A stretch of 64,000 nucleotides of DNA. Origin: Bacillota bacterium. GTDB lineage: Bacteria > Bacillota > Sulfobacillia > JBFMBV01. Numbering within the stretch: the stretch's first letter is position 1; the number at the start of each line of letters is the position of its first letter. Below the pieces are notes generated by a model. That model did not search any database. It worked only from the letters and a program-made list of their open reading frames with translations, and was not told the DNA's origin. The stretch lies in contig JBFMBV010000002.1 of NCBI GenBank assembly GCA_040755005.1, positions 13,761 to 77,760 on the forward strand, read 5' to 3'. Positions 19,649-28,775 of the stretch are shown in pieces. The position numbers and the translations under genes are program-made.

Positions 19649-20590
19649 TCAATAGCCCCTGCTCTTGTCCACTGGGTTGAGCAGGGGTTCCCCTTTCCGC
19701 CAGCGTTTGAGGTTCTTCACAAACAGCTCGATGTTGCGCCGCTTGTTCTCCGGCGAGCTGGCGGAGCAGTGCGGCGAGATGATCACGTTGGGCATCGCCC
19801 AGAGGGGGCTGTCGCGGGGCAGGGGTTCGGCCTCGAACACATCGAGCCCCGCGCCGCGCAGGCGGCCCCCCTGCAGGGCCGCGGTCAGGGCCGCCTGGTC
19901 GACCAGGCTGCCCCGGGCCACGTTGATCAGCACCGCCGACGGCTTCATCAGCTGAAGCTCCGCCTCGCCGATCAGCCGCCGGGTCTCGGCGGTGGCAGGG
20001 GCCGCCACCAGGACGTAGTCGGCCTCGGGCAGCAGCTGCCCCAGCCCCTCCGGGGTCAGCACGGTGCCCATCCCGGGCACGGGCTGGCCGCTGCGCCGGG
20101 TGCCGATGACCCGCATCCCCAAGGACCGGCACTTGCGGGCCACCGCCAGCCCCACCCCGCCCAAGCCAGCCACCAGCACCGTCTTGCCCCTGATCTCCTC
20201 GCTCCGCACCTGGGGCAGCCAGCGGGCCTCCCGCTGAGCGGCCATCAGTTCCGGCAGGCGCCGGGCGAAGGCCAGGATCAGGAGGAGCACGTGCTCGACC
20301 ATGGGTAGGTTGTAGACACCCCGGGCATTGGTGAGCAGGCAGCGGTGGGCCTTGAACTCCGGCGTGAGCAGCAGCTCGACTCCAGCTGCCGTGCAGTGCA
20401 CCCACTCCAGGTTGACGGCCTTCGCCAGGAACTCCGGGGAGAACCTCCGGCGGAAGGTGAGGACGACGTTGACCCCGGCGGGGTCAACCCCCGCCTCATC
20501 CTCGGCCTGGCGGATGCCCTCTCCGGGCCATGCCCGGGCGACGTCCTCCAGGTGCCCGCCAGCTAGGGGTACGAAGGACAACAGCTGCAT
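19649..20590 (-). CDS. D-isomer-specific 2-hydroxyacid dehydrogenase family protein (NAD-binding)
   Basis: Rossmann motif GKTVLVAGLGGVGLAVARK and catalytic-domain layout; convergent with ppdK. Confidence 0.75.
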   Translation of the reverse strand: MQLLSFVPLAGGHLEDVARAWPGEGIRQAEDEAGVDPAGVNVVLTFRRRFSPEFLAKAVNLEWVHCTAAGVELLLTPEFKAHRCLLTNARGVYNLPMVEHVLLLILAFARRLPELMAAQREARWLPQVRSEEIRGKTVLVAGLGGVGLAVARKCRSLGMRVIGTRRSGQPVPGMGTVLTPEGLGQLLPEADYVLVAAPATAETRRLIGEAELQLMKPSAVLINVARGSLVDQAALTAALQGGRLRGAGLDVFEAEPLPRDSPLWAMPNVIISPHCSASSPENKRRNIELFVKNLKRWRKGEPLLNPVDKSRGY

Positions 20591-20691
20591 TCTGGTGACT
20601 CCTCCTCAGTAGTTCGACCCGAAACCGCAACGCGGGCGGCAGGTAAAGCCCACTCCCCCTGGAATGATTCCGCCCACGGGGGTGCATTCCT

Positions 20692-21714
20692 TTGACCATC
20701 AGGGCACAATCCGAAGCCCTCGAACGGCGTACGCTGTCTTCCCGGGCCTCGTTCAGCGACGCCACCGCCGGGCGGGCCAGGCCGGAGCAGCCCTGCAGCG
20801 TCCGCACCGACTACCAGCGCGACCGCGACCGCATCATCCACAGCAAGCCCTTCCGCCGGCTGAAGTACAAGACCCAGGTCTTCGTCCAGCCCAAGGGGGA
20901 CCACTACCGCACGCGCCTCACCCATACCCTGGAGGTGGCGCAGATCGCCCGCACCATCGCCCGGGCGCTGTTGCTCAACGAGGACCTCGTCGAGGCCATC
21001 GCCCTCGGCCACGATCTTGGGCATACGCCCTTCGGGCACTCGGGGGAGGACGTGCTCAACGAGTTCCTGGCTGGTGAAGGTGGCTTCCGCCACGCCGAGC
21101 AGAGCTTGCGCGTGATCGACCTACTCGCTGACCACCACGGCTTGCCCGGCATCAACCTCACTTGGGAGGTGCGGGACGGCATCGCCAACCATTCGGACGG
21201 CTTCACCGGCGGGCGCTTGGACGAACCGCGGGCCGCCAGCCTGGAGGGCCAGGTGGTGCGCTTCGCCGACAAGATCGCTTACATCAACCACGACATCGAC
21301 GATGCCATCAGGGCCGGCATCCTCACCCCGGCCGACTTGCCCCGGGAGCTTGCCGCCACCCTCGGCGGGACCCACGGTGAGCGGCTCAGCGTGATGGTGT
21401 CCGATCTCATCGCCCATTCCGGCGAGGGCAGCGAAATCCGCATGGGCCCTGAGGTGGGCAGCGCTACCGCCCGCCTGCGCGACTTCCTGTTCGAGCGGGT
21501 TTACCGCCACCCCCAGGTGCTGGTCGAGAACGCCAAGGCCAAGCACCTGCTGGTGAACCTGTGCAGCCACTTCCTGGCGCGCCAGGAGGGACTCCCCCCG
21601 GGCCCCGGCGACGTCAAGCGCCGCGTGGCGGATTACGTGGCCGGCATGACCGACCGCTACGCCGTGGACCAGTACCTCAAGCATTTCCTGCCCATCCCCG
21701 TGGGCAGTCAGTGA
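20692..21714 (+). CDS. dgt: dGTP triphosphohydrolase-like HD-domain protein
   Basis: FQRDRDRIIHS motif and HD motif (HTLEVAQIAR...GHDLGHTPFGH); TTG start per the track. Confidence 0.8.
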   Translation: MTIRAQSEALERRTLSSRASFSDATAGRARPEQPCSVRTDYQRDRDRIIHSKPFRRLKYKTQVFVQPKGDHYRTRLTHTLEVAQIARTIARALLLNEDLVEAIALGHDLGHTPFGHSGEDVLNEFLAGEGGFRHAEQSLRVIDLLADHHGLPGINLTWEVRDGIANHSDGFTGGRLDEPRAASLEGQVVRFADKIAYINHDIDDAIRAGILTPADLPRELAATLGGTHGERLSVMVSDLIAHSGEGSEIRMGPEVGSATARLRDFLFERVYRHPQVLVENAKAKHLLVNLCSHFLARQEGLPPGPGDVKRRVADYVAGMTDRYAVDQYLKHFLPIPVGSQ

Positions 21715-21733
21715 AGGAGCGACTGCTAACGCC

Positions 21734-22810
21734 ATGTCAACGCTAGGACGCCACCGCGCCATCGCCGCCGCCGGCTTCGCCATCGGGGCCCTGGCAGCCC
21801 TCCTGCAGCGGTGGGGTAACCCCGCCAACCTAGGACTCTGCATCGCCTGCTTCATCCGGGACAGCAGCGGCGCCCTGGGCCTGCACCGGGCAGCCGCCGT
21901 GCAGTACCTGCGCCCGGAGCTGCCCGGCATCATCATCGGCGCCTGGCTAGCCGCCCTCTGGGCCGGGGAGTTCAGGCCCAGAGGCACGAGCTCCGCCGCC
22001 TTCAAGTTCGCCCTCGGCGTCCTGATGGTGTTCGGGGCCCTCGTCTTCCTGGGTTGCCCCTTGAGGGCCGCCTTGAGGCTGGCCGGCGGCGACCTGTCCG
22101 CCCTCGCCGGCCTGGCCGGGCTGCTAGCTGGCGGCTATGCCGGGGGCCTGTTGGTGAGGGGAGGCTACTCCACAGGGAAGGCCCAGCCCGCCGCCCGATT
22201 CCCGGCCTTTCTGTTCATCGTCGGCGCCCTGGCCCTGGTGGCGCTGGGCGCCGTCCGGCCCGTGGCGGATCTCGCCGCGGGCGGCCCCATCTTCGCCAGC
22301 TCCACCGGGCCCGGGTCCCTGCGCGCAGCCTGGCCCCTGTCCCTGGCGGCAGGCCTCATGGTGGGCATAGCCGCCCAGCGTACCCGCCTGTGCCTGATCG
22401 GGGCTGTCCGCAACCCCCTCTTCAGCAAGGACTTCCACCTGACGGCCGGCCTGGGCGGGATCCTCGTAGGCGCCGCCGGCCTCAACCTCGCGTTCGGCCA
22501 GTTCAGGCTGGCCGCGGCAGGCCCCATCGCCCACAGCCACATCCCCGGCAACTTCCTCGGCCTCGCCCTGGTAGGGCTGGCCGCCACCCTGGCCGGGGGC
22601 TGCCCCTTGCGGCAGCTGGTGCTCGCCGCCGAGGGGAACCAGGACGGGGTCGCCACCGTCCTGGGGATGGGGGTAGGGGCCGCCCTGGCCCACAACTTCC
22701 GCCTGGCCAGCACAACCGCGGGCCCGGCCCCCTTGGCCCTGCCCCTGGTTGCCGTCAGCCTGGCCCTGCTCTGCCTGGGCGGGTTGAGCATGCGCGAGCG
22801 GCCCGCTTGA
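21734..22810 (+). CDS. YeeE/YedE family membrane protein (thiosulfate/sulfur-compound transporter-like, TsuA-type)
   Basis: Polytopic membrane protein with two repeated halves, each carrying a conserved GCPxRQ-like motif (GCPLRAALRLAGGD... GCPLRQLVLAAEGNQDG). Confidence 0.7.
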   Translation: MSTLGRHRAIAAAGFAIGALAALLQRWGNPANLGLCIACFIRDSSGALGLHRAAAVQYLRPELPGIIIGAWLAALWAGEFRPRGTSSAAFKFALGVLMVFGALVFLGCPLRAALRLAGGDLSALAGLAGLLAGGYAGGLLVRGGYSTGKAQPAARFPAFLFIVGALALVALGAVRPVADLAAGGPIFASSTGPGSLRAAWPLSLAAGLMVGIAAQRTRLCLIGAVRNPLFSKDFHLTAGLGGILVGAAGLNLAFGQFRLAAAGPIAHSHIPGNFLGLALVGLAATLAGGCPLRQLVLAAEGNQDGVATVLGMGVGAALAHNFRLASTTAGPAPLALPLVAVSLALLCLGGLSMRERPA

Positions 22811-23040
22811 TGGAGGAGCACGTCCTCGACGTGCGGGGCTTAGACTGCCCGGCGCCAATGCTGAGAGCCATCGACGAAGTGCGCCGCCTGCGGCAGGCCG
22901 GCGTCGGCAGCCTGATCGTCATCGGCGATGAAGCCGCGGCCTATGAAAGCGTCCAGCGAGTCGCCGTCAAGCTCGATTGCTTGGCCGAGGCTGTAAGCGG
23001 TTCCACGGCAGAATGGCGCTTGCGCCTGCGGCTGCGCTGA
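22810..23040 (+). CDS. tusA: TusA-like sulfurtransferase (CPxP motif)
   Basis: 76 aa; LDCPAPM motif; ATG overlaps the YeeE stop (TGATG). The larger ORF 22054-23040 in the track is an alternate-frame artefact over YeeE. Confidence 0.65.
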   Translation: MEEHVLDVRGLDCPAPMLRAIDEVRRLRQAGVGSLIVIGDEAAAYESVQRVAVKLDCLAEAVSGSTAEWRLRLRLR

Positions 23041-23118
23041 CCTGTGTTGCCTCAGGGAGGAAAACGGGATTCCCTGGCGAAGACAAGCGCCTACCAGGGT
23101 GCACTGGAGTGAAGCCGG

Positions 23119-24934
23119 ATGCAGGGTCGGAGATTCGACGACCGCTTCGCCGACGAAGTGCGCCAACGCGCTGACATCCTGGAAATCATCGGCGAGCATG
23201 TCTCCCTGCGCAGGACCGGCAAGAACCACGTGGGGCTTTGTCCCTTCCACACGGAGGACACCCCATCATTCTCCGTTTCCGCTGAACGGGGGATGTATTA
23301 TTGTTTCGGGTGCGGCGCGGGCGGGAACGTGTTCACGTTCCTCATGCGCAAGGAGGGCCTGAGCTTCGCCGAAGCCCTCCGCCGCCTGGCCGATCGCTAC
23401 GGGCTGGCGATGCCCTCCGAGGAGCTGACCCCCGCCCAGAAGCGCCGCCTGGCGGCCTTGGACGCCCTGGAGGAAGCGGCCAAGTTCTACGCGGCCTGCC
23501 TCGCCTCCCCGCAGGGGGCCAACGTGAGGGCCTACCTGGAAGGCCGCGGCGTGACCGCCGAGGTGGCGGGCAAGTTCCGTTTGGGCTATGCGCCCCCGGG
23601 CTGGGACAATCTGCTCACGCACCTGAAGGGCAAAGGCTTCCGCGCCGACCTGGCCGTCTACGCGGGTCTGGCCAGCCAGGGCGAGCAGAGCCCCTACGAC
23701 CGCTTCCGCGACCGTCTGATGTTCAGCATCTGCGACGCTGGCGGGCGGGTGACGGGGTTCGGCGCCCGGGTGCTGGCAGGCGCGGACGGGCCCAAGTACC
23801 TCAACTCCCCCGAGAGTGACGTGTTCAGCAAAGGCCGGGGGCTGTACGCTCTCCATTTGGCCAGGGGCGCCGCCCGGGAACAGGACAGGCTCATCGTCGT
23901 CGAAGGGTACATGGACGTCATCGCCATGCACCGGGCGGGCTTCACCGGGACCGTGGCGCCGCTAGGGACGGCCCTCACGCAGCACCAAGCCGCGCTGATC
24001 GGCCGCCACACCAAGGAAGTCATCATCGCCTTCGACGCTGATGCCGCCGGGCAGGCCGCCACCCTGCGGGGCCTCGAGACGTTGAGCGCCGAGGGGCTGA
24101 AGGTGCGCGTGGCCCAACTGCCCGCGGGCAAGGACCCCGATGAGGCGCTGAAGACCGCGGGCCGCGACGCCCTGGCCAAGGCCATCGACCAGGCCCTGCC
24201 CCTGCCAGAGTACCGCTTCAAACTGGCGGTCGCGGCGCATGATACCAGCACTGTGGACGGGAAGGTGCGGGCCGCCCAGGACATCGCCCCGGTGCTCGCC
24301 GCCTTGGACAACGCGCTGGAGCTCAACGCTTATGTGGACAGCTTCGCGCGCCGCCTGGGCGTCGAACCGGCCTCCCTGTACGGCGAAGTCAAGCGGCTGG
24401 GGCGCGCCAGGGACAGGCAACAGCTGGATAGTCCCAGGGAAACGCGAAATAATACAGTAGACAGAAAGGCTCAGCCAGGCAGGAAACCAGTCAAGGAGCT
24501 CCGCCAGCGCGCCGAAGAGGAACTGCTGCGGCTGATGCTAGCCCACCCATCGGCCCGTAGGATGGTAGAGGGGACGCTGGCGCCCAAGGACTTCTCCATC
24601 CCGGCCCACGCCGAGGTGGCGGCGGCCCTGCTGGAGACAGCCGTGGCGGAACCTGCTGACCTGCTCAACCGTATTAGTGAGGACAGCGCCGCTGTGGCAG
24701 CCAGTGTGTTCATGGCCCCGGCGGTAGTCAGCGATGCTGACGTAGGGCGCGTGGTGGCGGACTGTATCGAGGCCATCCGCAAGGATGCCCTAAGGACGAG
24801 GGCCAGGCAACTGGAGGAGACGATCAGGTCACAGGAAGCCAGCGGGAGGCTCGACCCGGCCCTGCTCCAGGAATTAAACCAGCTTGTGCGCCAGAGTAAG
24901 GTTGGGGCCGGCGAGAAAGGGGACACCGTTTCCG

Positions 24935-24948
<14 letters not shown>
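23119..24948 (+). CDS. dnaG: DNA primase
   Basis: CHC2 zinc finger ([13 protein letters not shown]...[11 protein letters not shown]), Toprim region ([10 protein letters not shown]...AFDADAAG), C-terminal DnaB-binding domain. Confidence 0.9.
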
Positions 24949-26038
<1,090 letters not shown>

Positions 26039-26064
26039 TTATAGAGCACAACGCCAAACGAACG

Positions 26065-26090
26065 AGGCGCCCCAAACGGGCGCCTTTACT
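26065..26090 (+). terminator. Rho-independent terminator after sigA
   Basis: AGGCGCCC-CAAAC-GGGCGCCT hairpin followed by TTTACTT. Confidence 0.5.
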
Positions 26091-26171
26091 TCTGCCCGCC
26101 TACCTGCTCATGCCCTGAGGCCTGGCTGGGGATGCTACCCATCAGACCACAGCGAAAGGACAGGAAGCCCT

Positions 26172-27062
26172 ATGCTGAGACGCCCCCGGTTCGAACTGCG
26201 CTGGCTGCTGCTGGCCGCCCCCGCCGCCTTCGCCTGGAGCATGTGGCGGCAGCTGGCGCGGGCCGTCCGCCCCGCCAACGCCGAGCAGGCCGTGCTCCAA
26301 GGGTTGCAGCTGACCAGGGGCGCCAAGCGCGTCCTGGCGGTGACGGCCCACCCCGACGATCTGGAAGCCATTTGCGCCGGGACCCTGCGCTTGATGGCCC
26401 TGGCCGGCAGCGAGATCTACGTGGCCGTCCTGTCTGACGGCGCCAACCAGACCAACTGGCGCTCTAACCTGGGCGAGATCCGCGACATGGAAGAAGGCAA
26501 CGCCGCCAACGTGGTGGGCTACAAGCAGGTCCACCGGCTGGGCTTCCGGGACCTGAGCCTGTCCGTGATCGAGGAGGTCCAGGATGAGCTGGCCGAGGTG
26601 TGGCAGGCCGTCGACCCGGACGTGGTCTTCTCTTTCGACCCCAGCTTCCCCGGGCGCTTCCTGGCCCACCCCGACCACCTCACCGCGGGACGGGCCGTGC
26701 TGAACATCGCCCGCAGCGAGCTGGGCCGCAGAGCCCGCGTCTACTTCTACGCCACCCGGGACACCAACGTGGTGGTGGACATCACCCCGGTGATGGAGGA
26801 CAAGGTGCGGGCGGTGCTGATGCACCGCAGTCAGCTGAAGATGGCCCCCATCTTCTACAGCTGGCTCATCCGTGCGGCTGCCCGCCTGCGCGGCCGCCCG
26901 GTGCAGATCACCTACGCCGAGGGGTTCAGGGCCCTCTCCCTGCCCGTGCCCGACCGGCGCGTGGCCAGGAGCAGGTGGACCAGGCCAGTGTCCCAGCGAC
27001 GCACACGCGGGCGCCCGGTGAGCGGACAGCCAGCCTCAGGCGGCCCGGGCCGTCAGCGCTGA
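26172..27062 (+). CDS. PIG-L/LmbE family N-acetylglucosaminyl deacetylase
   Basis: N-terminal TM/signal segment, then the AHPDD(L)E motif (VLAVTAHPDDLEAIC) and the HPDH motif characteristic of LmbE-like deacetylases. Confidence 0.7.
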   Translation: MLRRPRFELRWLLLAAPAAFAWSMWRQLARAVRPANAEQAVLQGLQLTRGAKRVLAVTAHPDDLEAICAGTLRLMALAGSEIYVAVLSDGANQTNWRSNLGEIRDMEEGNAANVVGYKQVHRLGFRDLSLSVIEEVQDELAEVWQAVDPDVVFSFDPSFPGRFLAHPDHLTAGRAVLNIARSELGRRARVYFYATRDTNVVVDITPVMEDKVRAVLMHRSQLKMAPIFYSWLIRAAARLRGRPVQITYAEGFRALSLPVPDRRVARSRWTRPVSQRRTRGRPVSGQPASGGPGRQR

Positions 27063-27118
27063 ACGCCGCAAAGCCTGGCATTGCTAGCGCAACGCCGCAG
27101 CTCAAGCCAGCGCTGCTC

Positions 27119-27148
27119 TTGACCCTGTTCTGGCAGTTGTGTATAATA
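27119..27148 (+). promoter_or_regulatory. Sigma-70-type promoter for tRNA-Asn (TTGACC -18 nt- TATAAT)
   Basis: TTGACC at 27119-27124 and TATAAT at 27143-27148; the tRNA starts 10 nt downstream. Confidence 0.45.
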
Positions 27149-27157
27149 ACGTTGCAT

Positions 27158-27232
27158 TCCTCGATAGCTCAATGGTGGAGCACTCGGCTGTTAACCGAGG
27201 GGTTGCAGGTTCGAGTCCTGCTCGAGGAGCCA
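27158..27232 (+). tRNA. tRNA-Asn (anticodon GUU), CCA encoded
   Basis: Cloverleaf readable: acceptor TCCTCGA/TCGAGGA, D-arm GCTCAATGGTGGAGC, anticodon loop CTGTTAA (GTT), T-arm GCAGGTTCGAGTCCTGC, discriminator G + CCA. Confidence 0.85.
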
Positions 27233-27237
27233 AGCAC

Positions 27238-27265
27238 AAACCGCCGGTGACGGCGGTTTTTGTGT
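27238..27265 (+). terminator. Rho-independent terminator downstream of tRNA-Asn
   Basis: AAACCGCCG-GTGA-CGGCGGTTT followed by TTGTGTTT. Confidence 0.6.
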
Positions 27266-27392
27266 TTGGGGTACGTCATCTGGAGTGTCTTTCCATTAAT
27301 GGGTGGTTCTTGACCGACTTCGTCTCTTTTCATATACTCGCATTGGATCATGTACGCATCGGGATCTCTCGAACGCGAGGGAGGGGAACCAT

Positions 27393-28275
27393 ATGCTGAT
27401 GAGGCAGAAGGCAATCCTAGGCCTCCTCATCCAGGTCGGCAGGTCGCTTTCGCCGACCGCCTTTGTGAAGCTCGTCTTCCTCCTCCGTTGCGAGACATCC
27501 TTAAGGGAGAACCCGTGCTTCTACGACTTCGTACCGTACGACTATGGACCTTTTTCGTTTACACTTTTTTGCGGACTTGAATGGCCTCCGACGGAACGGG
27601 TATGTGACGGGGGAAGACGAGTCGATCGCGCTCTGCACCTGCGTGCTGGAGTCGGCCAAGAAGCTCGCTCAGGAGCTCCCGGCAGGTACGCGTGCCGCCA
27701 TTGCAGACATTGTAAGTCGTTACGGGGCCATGAGTATTGATGACCTCGTCCAATACGTCGATGAAAGGTATCCGTGGTTCACCATCAACAGCAAGCTGTT
27801 GGGACGGAACGCTGCAGCTACCCGGCACGGCAATCGGGCCCGCCCAGCCGTCTATACGACTGGATACGAAGGGTGTTCAGTGGAGAGCTTCTTTGGCGGC
27901 ATCCTTGAACGAGGCATTCACGTGATAGCTGATGTGCGGGCAAACCCATGGTCCCGCAAGTACGGGTTTTCTGGCCCACGGCTCGCTGAGTTCTGCCAGA
28001 GGCTCGGTCTTGAATACCAGCCCACGCCTAGCCTGGGAATACCCAGTTCCGCTCGGAGCGAGCTCAATGGCTTTGCATCGTACCAGCAGCTCCTCAGCCA
28101 ATACGAGCAGACCTTACTCCCGAGACGGGTGACGGAGGTCGAGGCTCTCTCCCAGCTCATGCGGCGGACACCGACCGTGCTTGTCTGCGTGGAGAAAGAT
28201 GTCCGTTTGTGCCACCGAAGCAGATTGGCGGAGGCCATAAAGAGCGGTACCGAGCTGGAGGTGGTCCACATATGA
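27393..28275 (+). pseudogene. Panacea-domain (DUF4065) - DUF488 fusion gene split by a frameshift in a T6 run (or a sequencing error)
   Basis: Frame A 27393-~27570 encodes a Panacea-like N-terminus (KLVFLLRCETS..FYDFVPYDYGPFSFTLF). Frame B (ORF 27544-28275) continues in a protein-like way (ADLNGLRRNGYV...) and ends with a full DUF488 domain (TTGYEGCSVESFF..IADVRANPWSRKYGF..CHRSRLAEAI..VHI). Removing one T from TTTTTT at 27565-27570 joins them. Confidence 0.55.
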
Positions 28276-28574
28276 CGGGCACACCTGGGCAAGAGCGCCT
28301 CAGGGTTCTGATTACCGTGAAGACTTACCCTATCCCTTCGGCCAAGTACGACGAGCTAGTCTGCACAGCGGGAGTAACGGAGAACGGCGATTTTGTCCGT
28401 CTCTATCCGGTCAACTTCCGTGATCTAGCTTTCCGCAGTCAATATAAGAAACCCAGTGGATCGAGGTACTTGCCCAGGGGCATCGGGGGCGTGACGTACG
28501 CAAGGAGAGCTACCCCTTTAACGGAAGCCGCCGGTGCATCGCGCACGGCGGTACTGCCGTCGGCACCCAGTTGA
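28272..28574 (+). CDS. Hypothetical ORF; only the N-terminal ~50 aa look protein-like. Possibly a gene remnant truncated at the island junction.
   Basis: ATGA overlap with the preceding stop. Sequence becomes low-complexity and GC-biased towards its end, just before the degenerate tRNA-like repeat. Confidence 0.25.
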   Translation: MTGTPGQERLRVLITVKTYPIPSAKYDELVCTAGVTENGDFVRLYPVNFRDLAFRSQYKKPSGSRYLPRGIGGVTYARRATPLTEAAGASRTAVLPSAPS

Positions 28575-28597
28575 AGTGGCCCCCGAGGGATTGTAGT

Positions 28598-28655
28598 TTG
28601 AGTCCCACTTGAGGAGCATCTACGGAACCGCCGGCAACGGCGGTTTTTGCCTGAC
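28598..28655 (+). repeat. Degenerate direct repeat of the tRNA-Asn 3' end plus its terminator (att-like junction scar)
   Basis: GGGATTGTAGTTTGAGTCCCACTTGAGGAGCATCTACGGAACCGCCGGCAACGGCGGTTTTTGCC is about 80% identical to 27200-27262 (GGGGTTGCAGGTTCGAGTCCTGCTCGAGGAGCCAAGCACAAACCGCCGGTGACGGCGGTTTTTGTG). Confidence 0.6.
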
Positions 28656-28775
28656 CACTGGGAACCTGCACGGGTGCTGCTTCCATTTCTCGTGAAGCAC
28701 TGGAAAAGGAACTGTGGGGGCAAGACGCGAATTTCCTCGAAAGAAGTCGTTAACAGGAGTGGGCGGGAACCCCAG

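Noticed and set aside
22054-23040. 328-aa + strand ORF overlapping the YeeE gene in another frame
   Set aside because: Arg/Pro/Gly-rich nonsense across YeeE. Only its last 76 codons (from ATG 22810) form the genuine TusA-like gene.
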